Source: Oscillatoriales bacterium (lineage in GTDB: Bacteria > Cyanobacteriota > Cyanobacteriia > Cyanobacteriales > Microcoleaceae). Taken from it: a stretch of DNA of 64,000 nucleotides. The position numbers and the translations under genes are program-made. The notes beneath the pieces were generated by a model. The model saw only the letters and a program-made list of their open reading frames with translations. It had not been told where the DNA came from and made no database searches. Below, piece by piece: positions 1-10,200 of the stretch; within the stretch, counting starts at the first letter, position 1, and each line of letters begins with the position of its first letter. The stretch spans positions 1,356 through 65,355 of the forward strand of contig JAYSVM010000183.1 in the NCBI GenBank assembly GCA_043718495.1, written 5' to 3'.

Positions 1-393
1 ACAGCCCGTGCTGGCTTTATCGGCAAATTCAGCTAATTTTTGAATTTGCTCGGTACTCAAACCTGTAGTGCCGACTACGGGACGAATGCCGTAGGCGATC
101 GCCGATCGCACATTTTCATAAACTGACGAAGGGTGTGTAAAATCTACCATCACCCCTAACTGCTTTTCTTGAGCAGCCAATACCAGCATTCCTTGCAAGT
201 CATCGGTGATGGGAACTTCCAGCGGGCCGCACCCGGCTAATTCTCCCGCATCGACGTTCAAGGACTCCGGAGAGCGGTCTATAGCCCCGAATAGAGTTAA
301 GTCATCGGCATTTGCGATCGCTTTAATTACTTCGCGGCCCATTTTGCCGCCAGCGCCATTAACAATTACCGGAATAGGAAGTTGATTTGCCAT
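1..393 (-). CDS. dapB: 4-hydroxy-tetrahydrodipicolinate reductase, N-terminal part (3' end runs off the window)
   Basis: Absent from the ORF track because it is open at the window edge. Reverse translation from the ATG at 393-391 gives [26 protein letters not shown]...[32 protein letters not shown]. This shows the Rossmann GxxGxxG and the DFT / VVGTTG motifs typical of DapB. Confidence 0.88.
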   Translation of the reverse strand, partial: MANQLPIPVIVNGAGGKMGREVIKAIANADDLTLFGAIDRSPESLNVDAGELAGCGPLEVPITDDLQGMLVLAAQEKQLGVMVDFTHPSSVYENVRSAIAYGIRPVVGTTGLSTEQIQKLAEFADKASTGC

Positions 394-698
394 AATCTCA
401 AAAAAATCCTTAAAGTCGATCGACTAAATTTTAACTCTAGCAGGACTTACACACTTTTCAGCTTCGTATAAATTTTGTTAAATCAAGCAATAAGCTTAAG
501 CAAACTCGGTTTTGCCACAAATTCTGAAACCATTACACTAAGTCTAACCATAAACTCAATTCTGTGAGAACAGACTTAGAGAAGCGAATTTGTACAGATC
601 AATTTTTGCGATGGCAGAAGTTGCTGCCCGCCCCAAAGCTCTGGACTGAATTTATGAGGTTTAATGACACCTTCGACCTTCTGCTTTTTGTGTTTTAG

Positions 699-3263
699 AT
701 GCGGATGACTTCTAAATTCTCTCAAAATCTACGATCAGTTTTTTCTGTCGCAACTCGCCTGGATTTTCCTTCTCCAAGTGGGCGGGCGTGGCTTTTGCCT
801 GCAATGCTTGCGGGCGTGGCTGTAACGCTGCTGAATATGGGAGTTCGGCGGCTGGGATGGCTGCAAACTTGGGAATTGAGTAGTTTTGACTCTTTAGTGC
901 GGTTACAGCCCGATCGCGACCCCGATCAGCGACTGCTGGTAGTAGGGATTTCAGAGGCAGATATTCAAGCCTTTGGCAGATTTCCGGTGTCCGATCAACT
1001 GATCGCTCAAACCTTGACAAAATTGCAAAAGTATCAGCCAAAAGTGATTGGTTTAGATTTGTACCGCGATTTGCCGAATCAACCGGGATACCAAGAATTG
1101 CTAGCCCAATTGAAAGCACCAAATGTGGTGGCGATCACCAAATTGAAGGATTCTGAAAGTCCAGGAGTGCCTGCACCACCGGGGATGCCGCCGGATCGGG
1201 TCGGTTTTAACGACTTAGTTCTCGATGCCGACGGTGTTGTCCGCCGTAATTTGATCTATGTCTCGAAACCAGATAAAATTACTGTTTTTTCGTTTTCCGT
1301 GCAACTGGCGCGACGGTACTTCCAAGACAGGATGCAGCCGGAAAATAGCCTTGTCAATCCCAACCAAATCAATTGGGGCAAAGCGCAATTTGTGCCTTTA
1401 AAGTCTGACAGTGGCGGCTATGCAAATCTAGATGCCAGAGGTTACCAAATTCTGCTCAAATATCGATCGGGCAAGCACGTAGCGCGACAAATCAGTATCA
1501 GGAAGGTATTAAGCGGGGAAATTGACCCAAGTTGGGTAAAGGATAAGATCGTGCTGATCGGGACGACAGCACCTAGTGCCAGAGATTTGTTTCTGACACC
1601 ATACAGCCCGGTGAAACAGAACAATCCGAAAATACCGGGGGTGCTGATGCACGCGCAAATGCTCAGCCAAATTCTGAGTGCGGTTGTGGATGGGGAATCG
1701 CTTTTTTGGGTGTGCCCCGAATGGGCAGAAATTTTGTGGAACGCTTCTTGGGCAGTGTTTGGCGGGGCTCTGGCTTGGCGAATTCATCACCCTGCGAGGG
1801 CAGGATTGTTTGGGGCTGGGGCATTGATCGGGCTGTTGGGGGTGAGTTTTGGCATTTTTACTGTCGGTGGGTGGGTTCCTTTGGTATCGCCGGCTTTGGG
1901 TTTGGTGATGACTGGTGTGGGTGTCAGTGCCTACAGGAAGCTTTACGATGCTTTTCATGATGCGCTGACGGGTTTGCCAAACCGGGATTTCTTTGTGAAG
2001 TGCCTGGGGCGGGCGATCGCAAATACAAGAGGTGGCAGTAGCTATCTGTTTGCGGTGCTTTTTTTAGATTTAGACAGGTTTAAGGCGATTAATGATTCTT
2101 TGGGGCATTTGGCGGGGGATGAACTGCTGATGGGTGTCGTGCTGCGGTTAAGAGCCTGTCTTTGCTACGCGGATACTGTGGCGCGGGTTGGGGGTGACGA
2201 TTTTGCGATTTTGGTCAGGAATATTGATCTTGATCATGCGGTGGATTTGGCTGATCGCATTCACAAAGCTTTGATTGTACCTTTTGAATTGAGAGGGCAA
2301 GAGGTATTTGTCACTGCTAGCATCGGGATTGCGGTAGGGGGTGAATCTGCGGCGAGTGTCAGGGAACAGCCGGAACACTTGCTGCGAGACGCGCACACGG
2401 CGATGTATCGGGCGAAGGCTTTGGGCGCGGGAAGGCATCAGGTGTTTAATGCTTCGATGCACCATGCGGCTGTGGAGAGGTTGCAGTTGGAGACGGATTT
2501 GCGGATGGCACTGAAGCGTCAGGAGTTTTTGCTGCATTACCAGCCGTTTGTGTGTTTGGCAACTGGGAGGATTATTGGGTTTGAGGCTTTGGTGCGATGG
2601 CAGCATCCGCTGCGGGGTTTGGTTTCGCCTGTGAAGTTTATTCCGGTGGCGGAGGAGACTGGGGCGATCGTACCGCTGGGTGAGTGGGTGTTGGAGGAGG
2701 CTTGTCGGCAGTTGCGGATTTGGGAGGAAATGTTTGATTTCGATCAACCTTTGATTATGAGTGTAAATTTATCTGGGAAGCAGTTTGCTCAACCGGATTT
2801 GGTGGCGCGAATTCAGGAGATTTTGGGTACAACGGGTTTGAGTGCCGAGAGTTTGAAGTTGGAGATTACTGAGAGTGTGGTGATGGATGATGTGGAGTCG
2901 GCGATCGCGGTTTTGAAGCAGATGAAGGGGTTGAATGTCAAGTTAGGAATTGATGATTTTGGGACTGGTTATTCGTCGTTGAGTTATTTGAGTCGGTTTC
3001 CTACGGATACTTTGAAGGTCGATCGGTCGTTTGTGGGGCTAATGGAGGTGGGGAGTGAGGGAGAGAATGTGGCGATCGTGCGGACGATTGTGGCGCTGGC
3101 ACACGCTTTGGGTATGGATGTGATTGCCGAGGGTGTGGAGACGGCTGCACAATTAGCTAAGTTAAGGGCGATCGGCTGTGAATACGGTCAAGGTTACTTT
3201 TTTGCTAAGCCGTTACCCAGCGATGATGCTACTGCTTTAATGGCTTCTCGGCCACAGTGGTAG
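699..3263 (+). CDS. CHASE2 sensor / GGDEF (GGDDF variant) / EAL c-di-GMP signalling protein
   Basis: 854-aa ORF. The N-terminal periplasmic CHASE2-like region (LVVGISEADI...VIGLDLYRD) is followed by TM helices. GGDEF-domain core reads RVGGDDFAIL. EAL-domain motifs are FEALVRW, DDFGTGYSSL, EGVET and QGYFFAKP. Confidence 0.9.
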   Translation: MRMTSKFSQNLRSVFSVATRLDFPSPSGRAWLLPAMLAGVAVTLLNMGVRRLGWLQTWELSSFDSLVRLQPDRDPDQRLLVVGISEADIQAFGRFPVSDQLIAQTLTKLQKYQPKVIGLDLYRDLPNQPGYQELLAQLKAPNVVAITKLKDSESPGVPAPPGMPPDRVGFNDLVLDADGVVRRNLIYVSKPDKITVFSFSVQLARRYFQDRMQPENSLVNPNQINWGKAQFVPLKSDSGGYANLDARGYQILLKYRSGKHVARQISIRKVLSGEIDPSWVKDKIVLIGTTAPSARDLFLTPYSPVKQNNPKIPGVLMHAQMLSQILSAVVDGESLFWVCPEWAEILWNASWAVFGGALAWRIHHPARAGLFGAGALIGLLGVSFGIFTVGGWVPLVSPALGLVMTGVGVSAYRKLYDAFHDALTGLPNRDFFVKCLGRAIANTRGGSSYLFAVLFLDLDRFKAINDSLGHLAGDELLMGVVLRLRACLCYADTVARVGGDDFAILVRNIDLDHAVDLADRIHKALIVPFELRGQEVFVTASIGIAVGGESAASVREQPEHLLRDAHTAMYRAKALGAGRHQVFNASMHHAAVERLQLETDLRMALKRQEFLLHYQPFVCLATGRIIGFEALVRWQHPLRGLVSPVKFIPVAEETGAIVPLGEWVLEEACRQLRIWEEMFDFDQPLIMSVNLSGKQFAQPDLVARIQEILGTTGLSAESLKLEITESVVMDDVESAIAVLKQMKGLNVKLGIDDFGTGYSSLSYLSRFPTDTLKVDRSFVGLMEVGSEGENVAIVRTIVALAHALGMDVIAEGVETAAQLAKLRAIGCEYGQGYFFAKPLPSDDATALMASRPQW

Positions 3264-3274
3264 TCGTTAGTTAT

Positions 3275-3670
3275 TTAAGGAGATGGTGGAGGAAGCGAAT
3301 CAATATTAGTAACAGCAAAATTGAGAAAGTATTCTGTCCGCGATATTAGTTGTTCGGCATCGGTTTCTGTTATATTTGGATCGACATTGTAATCAGCTCT
3401 CAGACGAGTTCTTTCAGCATCAATTAGGTAGCGGTGGAGTTCTACCGGAACTCGATTAGTGCGAGCGAAACGTTCCCCAAAAGCAGCGATAACGGCTGAG
3501 TGTCGCGAATAGGATAGTCCTTCAGCTTCTAAAAATGCTGTGGTGATATAAAACATCGAATAGTAAGCACGGGAAGTCGCAAATTCAGGAAAACCCGTGT
3601 TGTTCAATTCTCTCGCTGCTTGCAGACTTCTATTTGCTTTATCCAATAATCTTTGTTGTTCTGGAGTCAT
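3275..3670 (-). CDS. HEPN domain protein (toxin-like partner of the upstream nucleotidyltransferase)
   Basis: 131 aa with a HEPN-like helical pattern (RAYYSMFYITTAFLEAEGLSYSRHSAV...RLRADYN). There is a 4-nt ATGA overlap with the MNT gene. Confidence 0.75.
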   Translation of the reverse strand: MTPEQQRLLDKANRSLQAARELNNTGFPEFATSRAYYSMFYITTAFLEAEGLSYSRHSAVIAAFGERFARTNRVPVELHRYLIDAERTRLRADYNVDPNITETDAEQLISRTEYFLNFAVTNIDSLPPPSP

Positions 3671-3987
3671 ATCGCCAACCCTTCTTGACGAATGTTGCGA
3701 AAGAAAGCATTATTGTGGTGATGAAATTGCTCGTTAGTGGTAAATGCACAGCTAATCAGCACATTATATTCCAAACATAAATCGGCAATTAAAATACTAA
3801 TTTTCTCGCTTTCTTGAGAGTAGTTAAAGGAATTTTTGAGAACAATTAAGATGTCGATATCCGAGTCTGGTGTAGCATCACCTCTAGCTTGGGAGCCAAA
3901 GAGAACGATTTTGTCTAATTGTTCGCCATAAAGTGTTTTTAGACCTTGTTGAGTTTTTGTAATAATTGTTTGGATTTGTTGATTCAT
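3667..3987 (-). CDS. Minimal nucleotidyltransferase (MNT-type antitoxin-like)
   Basis: 106 aa with the NTase signature LFGSQARGDATPDSDIDILIV. Translationally coupled to the HEPN gene. Confidence 0.8.
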   Translation of the reverse strand: MNQQIQTIITKTQQGLKTLYGEQLDKIVLFGSQARGDATPDSDIDILIVLKNSFNYSQESEKISILIADLCLEYNVLISCAFTTNEQFHHHNNAFFRNIRQEGLAI

Positions 3988-4043
3988 ATTTTTGTAGCGG
4001 TTGTATTTAGGTGATTCGTGTTATTGAACAATTCTATTATATC

Positions 4044-4140
4044 AAAAAGGCGATCGCACTTTTCGACTTATTCCAAAGAGGCGATCGACCTTATTTGAGA
4101 AAAAGGAATAAAGGGCGATCTGCCTTGTAGTTTATCAAGG
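4044..4140. repeat. HIP1-centred intergenic repeat cluster (AAAGGCGATCGC...TTATTCC type)
   Basis: About three degenerate tandem units, each built around GGCGATCG. Related copies lie at 5040-5119 and 5828-5945. Confidence 0.7.
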
Positions 4141-4518
4141 CTAAGCAGCCATCGGGCAAAGGCTCAGAGTTGAACAATCAACTTTAATTCTCGGCCGCAG
4201 TTCAACTTGAACTAAAGTTTTGAATTCTTCATTTTTGGGAGCAACTAAAAATTCTAATTTACCGTTAATATAATCATTAATTTCAATGAAGTTCACGAGT
4301 TCAAAACACATAATACCTACAGTGTCATCGGCTATCTTTAATTCAATTTGAACTGATTTTTGAATGATATTCATTCCAAATTTGAGGGTGACACCTAATG
4401 AATCTGTTACTTCATAACACCAATAGCCATCGGAGGGTTGGGAATCTTTTGGTTCTTCACAAAATAATTCTAGAAAAGCTAGTTCATCAAATCCCTCATG
4501 TAAATTAATTTTTGCCAT
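4141..4518 (-). CDS. Hypothetical acidic 125-aa protein (possible immunity/antitoxin-like partner)
   Basis: ORF only. It lies 21 nt downstream of the 135-aa ORF on the same strand. No recognisable motif. Confidence 0.45.
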   Translation of the reverse strand: MAKINLHEGFDELAFLELFCEEPKDSQPSDGYWCYEVTDSLGVTLKFGMNIIQKSVQIELKIADDTVGIMCFELVNFIEINDYINGKLEFLVAPKNEEFKTLVQVELRPRIKVDCSTLSLCPMAA

Positions 4519-4539
4519 TTTCTTACCTAAGATATTGAG

Positions 4540-4947
4540 TTATTTTCCATAGATTATAGCACTGAGAAAGCGGCGTGTTCCATCGGGCAATACTTCCCAT
4601 GAACTTTGGAATTGGGCGAATTTTCCGGTTCTGCCCGGTAACAGTGAATCTCTAAGCTCTGTATCTATTGTACCCTCTTCTCCTGTAGTGTGGTTTGTAT
4701 AAATATTAATAAATCGCTCAACAATATTACTTTCTTCTTGGACTGCTTGTTCTAGATGAGTTTGAATAAATTGACGAGATTCTGAATCGTCATCAAAGCC
4801 CAAGCGATTTAGTTGTTGTCTATTTTGTACCGCTCTTTTCGAGTTATGAGCGTCTGGCTTGATGTTGACATTGAATAAGTAATCAAGTTTGCGATCGTTA
4901 ATGATGCAGGGTGTTTTTGCGTCGGTGGATCGATCGGATTGTGTCAA
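4540..4947 (-). CDS. Hypothetical 135-aa protein, N-terminus reminiscent of DUF6883-type domains
   Basis: The pattern I..DRKLDYLFN....H.SKRA......LGF resembles the KL.dYLL..H..G..KA..F..LGF signature as I recall it. This is a weak call. Confidence 0.4.
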   Translation of the reverse strand: MTQSDRSTDAKTPCIINDRKLDYLFNVNIKPDAHNSKRAVQNRQQLNRLGFDDDSESRQFIQTHLEQAVQEESNIVERFINIYTNHTTGEEGTIDTELRDSLLPGRTGKFAQFQSSWEVLPDGTRRFLSAIIYGK

Positions 4948-5039
4948 TGGCTGATTTTTAAAATATAGATTTTGGGAATTGCAAAATTATATCATTTTGG
5001 CAGTTTTTTCATCCTACAGCACGATCGCACTCACAACCC

Positions 5040-5119
5040 CAAAAAGGCGATCGCCCTTTGTGACTTATTCCAAAAGGGCGATCGCCCTTTGTGACTTATT
5101 CCAAAAGTGCGATCGTTGC
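5040..5119. repeat. Tandem 31-32 nt HIP1 repeat, 2.5 copies (AAAAGGGCGATCGCCCTTTGTGACTTATTCC)
   Basis: Direct reading shows near-identical units at 5040-5071 and 5072-5102, plus a partial third unit. Confidence 0.85.
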
Positions 5120-5121
5120 TT

Positions 5122-5505
5122 TTACCCCAGTACCTCAATTGCTTCTTTCAGAACTTGAGTGATTTCAGGTTTCTCAGAAGCAATTACGTCATCTGGTAAG
5201 TGTTTGTGATGGGGGAAGTTAGGTAGATTGGGAAAATGAGGTGTGCTGTCATAGCGAAAAATAAGTTGATTTTGTTCATCCTGAAAGTGATAGCGGTAAT
5301 CAAGAAATTCTAATTAATTATCTGCAACTACGATCGCCTCATTGATTTCTAGCAGGTATGTTTGATTAAAACGTAATCGAATTCGTAGATTAGCCCGTTT
5401 TGGGGTTAAAATTTCTTCCTCATAGCGTTCGACATAAACATTGCTGCATTGTTGAATGGCTTGCTCGACTCGATCGAGGTAATCAGATAAAATATTAGGC
5501 AGCAT
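5122..5505 (-). pseudogene. TumE/DUF6516-like toxin-family gene interrupted by one in-frame TAA
   Basis: The 63-aa ORF (5314-5505) ends at a TAA (complement of 5314-5316). The same frame then continues for 63 more codons: LEFLDYRYHFQDEQNQLIFRYDSTPHFPNLPNFPHHKHLPDDVIASEKPEITQVLKEAIEVLG, stopping at 5122-5124. The YRYH...RYD..PH....FPHHKH signature spans the second half. Confidence 0.55.
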
Positions 5506-5725
5506 AATTCAGTCGTTGAGCTAGTTCCTGATGCAAAGCCAGGTAATGTCGGTAGTCATTGGCCCATTCTATAAATAGGATATTATCCGATAATAATCCC
5601 TGATTGTATTGGTAAAAGAATTCTTCTGAGTCAATTTTTTGCTGCTTCTCATATAAACTAAGTCGCTTGGCAACGGCAACTAAGGCATCTAAGGGTGATG
5701 TATATTGAATGGTCTGTTTACGCAT
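5495..5725 (-). CDS. Small 76-aa protein, upstream partner overlapping the TumE-like gene by 11 nt
   Basis: ORF with overlap geometry typical of two-gene modules. No motif recognised. Confidence 0.45.
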   Translation of the reverse strand: MRKQTIQYTSPLDALVAVAKRLSLYEKQQKIDSEEFFYQYNQGLLSDNILFIEWANDYRHYLALHQELAQRLNYAA

Positions 5726-6004
5726 GGGCTTCTTACTTTTGCAATGGATTTATTTTGGTACTGATATTTGTAGTTACATTTTAGCAAATCTATCTGTGTA
5801 ATGGCGTTTGATGATTGATGAGAACAGAAAGGGCGATCGCACCTCGGTTGAGTTGAGGAGATAGATCGCCCTTGGTTGAGAAAAAGGGGTAAAGGGCGAT
5901 CGTACTTGTTGACTAATTCCAAAAGGGCGATCGCCCGTCGCACTCAAAAACCAACCGTCACTTATCTATCTGGAAGAAGGCGCTAGTTTTATGCGAAACG
6001 CAGC

Positions 6005-7156
6005 CTAATCTTCAGAAAACTTTACAAATCGGAGATTTGGGTCGGGAAAAGTTGACTCAGGAAGGGCGATCGCCAAAACGTTCTCTAACAAGTCAAAAAT
6101 TGTTTGCTTCGCAGCTAACAAAAGGGCGCAGTTTTGCGGGTTGAGACTCAGGGAATCCAACCACGGCAGGCTGGTTTCGCTAATAGCTTCCAGGTGGCGG
6201 CAAAGCAGATGGGGGGCAATTTCGGCGGCGCTTTGTTCGAGGATTTTGGGAACTGCTTGCAGAAGGTTTGCTAAGGTGGCGGCATCGGGAGATTCCCAGA
6301 CATAATCTGCTAATGACATGAGTTTAGCTGCGATTTCCGTAGGGGAAATTTCGCCGCCGCCCCCATTGGTTTCTGGCTGAATGATGCCTTGCTGCTGTGC
6401 TTGTTGCAGCAGGGTACAGCAACGAAGATATGCAGATTGAACGCGATAGAGGCTATCTTGCGGGGTGGGTTTTCCTGCTGTGCTGATGTTAATGGGGGCA
6501 ACTTCTGTCAGGGGAACTCGGAGGCTGTACCAGCGCAGTGCATCCATACTCATGGCTTTGAGCAATTCTGCGGGGGCGATGTCGGGGATGGGATGGAGTT
6601 GCTGGGTAGGTTTGTGGAAGGCGTAGAGTTCGATCGGTTGAACGATGATGAATTGAAATTGCTCTTTCGTGTAGCCCAAGCATTGCATGGTGGCGGTGAG
6701 TTGGATGTCGTAGCCGGTGTAGGTGGGGGGACGGATGAGGATGATTTTGTCATAGCCTTGTTGGAATATTTGATGGTAGCGGGTGATGTCTTCTAGGAGT
6801 TGGGTGAATTCGCCGTCGCGGTGTTGGAGGACGCGATCGTAGTCGTCGCCAAAGTCTGCGGTTTTGATAAACCAGTCTTTGGGTTCGTCTTTGAGGGAGG
6901 TTTGTTCGATGTCGGGGGGTAAGTCGGCGGCGAACTGGCGCGACATGGAGGCTTTGTAGATTTGGGAATTAGTTTTGAGGGAATTGAGGAAAATTTCGAG
7001 GTTAGGGGTTTCTTTGGGAGGGATGATGAGGGTGTGGTTAGTTTGTAGAAGAGTTTTGAGAGTGTCGGTAAAGGTATAGCGCAAGTCGGCTGATAAGGAG
7101 ATTTGCTCCAGAGGTATGGATCGGGTGTCGAGATATATTTGGTGGGATTTGGTCAT
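6005..7156 (-). CDS. DALR anticodon-binding-domain-like protein (ArgRS C-terminal paralogue lacking a catalytic core)
   Basis: 383 aa. The segment MSMDALRWYSLRVPL...LYRVQSAYLRCCTLLQQA resembles the DALR/ArgRS anticodon-binding region (DALRYF...YVQYAHAR). No HIGH/KMSKS motifs are visible. Confidence 0.5.
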   Translation of the reverse strand: MTKSHQIYLDTRSIPLEQISLSADLRYTFTDTLKTLLQTNHTLIIPPKETPNLEIFLNSLKTNSQIYKASMSRQFAADLPPDIEQTSLKDEPKDWFIKTADFGDDYDRVLQHRDGEFTQLLEDITRYHQIFQQGYDKIILIRPPTYTGYDIQLTATMQCLGYTKEQFQFIIVQPIELYAFHKPTQQLHPIPDIAPAELLKAMSMDALRWYSLRVPLTEVAPINISTAGKPTPQDSLYRVQSAYLRCCTLLQQAQQQGIIQPETNGGGGEISPTEIAAKLMSLADYVWESPDAATLANLLQAVPKILEQSAAEIAPHLLCRHLEAISETSLPWLDSLSLNPQNCALLLAAKQTIFDLLENVLAIALPESTFPDPNLRFVKFSED

Positions 7157-7266
7157 GTGAGGTTTTGAGGTGATGAGGGTTTGGGGCGCGATCGCTCTTG
7201 TACTTGGGAAGGGATATTGCCCTTCCCGTGAGTCGGGACTATCTAAAACACAGCTTTCTAGCAGTC

Positions 7267-10200
7267 TTATCCTATTTGGCGTTCTGTTGCAGAAGTTACA
7301 GAAGCACTAATTTCTGCACCAACAGCAACAACTGTTCCTTCTATCTTTAGAGCCAATTCATCAGACTCAATTGCCCATACATCGACCTCTTTGTTTTCGT
7401 TAAAACTGGAAATTGTATTAACCAGGTCACGAATCATGCTGAAGTTAGGCTGTTCACCAGTTTCTAGTTGCTTGATAATAGACGACAAGGGAGCGAATGT
7501 TTCACCTGGATTGGTGAGTGTAAACTTGACTTTGTAGCCTTGCATTTTTTTATTGAATAAAGAGGCTCGCTCTATTTCCGTTTCAGCAGCACGGATTATT
7601 GCTGTACTCAATTGCTTAGGAGAATACTTATCGAGTAATAACCCAAGATCGGACAGTGAATTTGCTCCTGCAAAAGCAATTTCTATTGATACCTCATCAA
7701 TATGATTGGAGATTGCATCTTTCTTAACAGAAGCAGTAATTTTACCTTCTCCCCCAGCAGTCCAACCTAAAATATATCCAAGTTCTACATTCCCCGCTAA
7801 TGAAGCCTCTAAAGACCACTCGTGTTTGGGCAGATTTTGTTCCATAGTCACAGAACCCTTTATCCCAGCTTTCAAAGCTGCTTGAAAAATAGGAGTGTTT
7901 ACTTTTCCTTCTACTTCCAAACCAACCGCAGGCTTAACACTGTGTAGATTTTGGACAAGTAAACGATTCACCATATCATTAACTACAAGTCCCTGTTGCG
8001 GTGGTAAAATTCCCTCGACTATATAATCAGAAAATAAAAGCGTTGCCAGCTTGAACATATCTCCAGGGGTTTCTGGGTTAAACTGATACTTTACACCTAA
8101 TGCAAAATTAACTTCCCCCGTCACAGTTGCTTCACCTTTTTTCTTAATGTCAGCCTTCATCCCTGGAAGATCGAATTTCAATCCCTGATCGGGTCCAACC
8201 TGTCCAGTTATGCCTACAAGCATTTCTTGCGACACATAGTATGTAACTTGGCCGTTCTTGTTGTCACGTTCTAGTATCTTATCGCCGGCTTTCTTGACTC
8301 CTACACCACCAATCCCAAATTTGCCTGCAATCCCAATACCATCTTTAACAGAGACAGAGGTTTTCGTATCATTGCCTCCAGGTGGCAGTAAGCTATCAAC
8401 CATATTCCTGATTGTTTTTTCAGCTAGTTTTTGTGCTTCTGCTGCTGCCTTTACTAATTCTTGCTGAATTTGCTGACGAACTTCTGGTAGCTTTTCTTTA
8501 ACGAAGTTCAATGCTTCTTCAGCAGTTTGATATCCCCGACGAAACAGAGCATCTAAAACACTCTTTTTTTCTTCTGGATTGTTAAGTAGGGCTTCAATTT
8601 GGCGTACCTTTTCTTCAGATTCCAGACGTGCCTTTTTTTCGGATTCCAGACGTGCCTTTTCTTTTTGCTGACGAATTTGCTCTTCAATTTCTTGTAGTTG
8701 CTCTTCAACTTTATGAATCTTGTTGAAAAACAGACCAGTTGGATCTGCCAGAAACGTTGAGGTGAAATTAGCTATATCTCTTTGCTGAGTCAGCTTTTCA
8801 TAATTAATTTGTTCCTTGGAATAGTTAGCGTGAGATTGACCTAGCTGGCTAACTTGACCAGCAATTGAATTTGCTATGGGAGCAGCTACTTGATCGTATA
8901 AGTTAAAGTTGCCAAAGCCCAAATTGCGTAAAGAACCAAGAGATTGAAGAAATTTCCCCTTAGTCTGTTGTAGATTTATATTGAAATTAGCCAACTCCCG
9001 ATCCACTTGATTTTTCAGTTGTTGAGCTTTGGCTTCAATATTAGCATTGATTTCGCCGCCTGTTTGGTAGTTTCTTTTTAAGTCCTCAGTAAACGACCAA
9101 ACAAAATCTTTGATCTTCTTTTTAACTGACTCTAGTTGAGCTATTAACCAACTTTGAGTAGAGTTAATGGCAGTTTTTAGTAAATCAGTACCAAGTTTGA
9201 TTAAAACTCCCGATCCTAAAGGTCCAGAGATCAGTGATATGTTGCCAAGCATATCCAGCGCTCTATTGATAGTGTTGGCAATATTTTTCACTGTTTCAGC
9301 ATTTACTGATTCAATCGCGTTTAATACGATACTACGTCCACTATCAAGCAACGAATGAATTTTAGCTCGCTGTTCGCCATTCATCCTAGCTAAAATTGCA
9401 TCGTACTCATTTTGATATTCTTGTTTCTCAGCTTGATACTGTTTTTTCAGATTTTCTAGCCGAGCAATTTCAGGATTAATCTTAGCTGGTTCAGTGCTAG
9501 AAAAATTATTGAATGCCACCTCATAAATCTGCTGAATTCGGGGGTCAGCGAACGCCACACCAGGGCGAGTACCACCGCCACTATTACCACCACCACTAGG
9601 CCGCCAACCCGGAGGTAAAGGTTGAGTTTGAGTAGCAGAAAGCTTGTGCTGGAACTTAACAATCAGTTCGTAGTCAGTGGTCACACCTTTAGGACTATTG
9701 ACGCGCAGCATATAAGTACCGGGAATCAAATCAGCAATAATTTGCTCATCGGTAATTCCCTCCCGCATCGAATAGGCAATAGGTTCATTCCGCACATCGT
9801 ACAGAACCAAATCTGCATCAGCCAAAAGCTTTCTCAGTTCAGCAGTAATCCGACCACCGCGAGACAGAGTAAACCGATAGTAATCATCCGGCACCAAATT
9901 TCCAACTGTTTCACCCGTGAGAGATGTCTCAAACGGATCGACAGGCCCAAATTCAGGCATAGGCTTGGCAAGATACCAATCCAATCCTCCCTTACCTTGT
10001 TGCCGCGCAATTTCCGCTTGCCGCCGCAGTTCCGCCAACCGCGCCTGTTCGCGTTCGTACTCTTCCCGTTCCCGACGACGGCGTTCTTGTTCTGCTGCTA
10101 GTCTTCGAGCCTGCTCCTCTAGCGCCCGTTGATTGGCCTCTGCTTCTCGCCGACGGCGTTCCTCATCTTGCCGTAGCCGTTCTTGTTCACTTTGGTCGTT

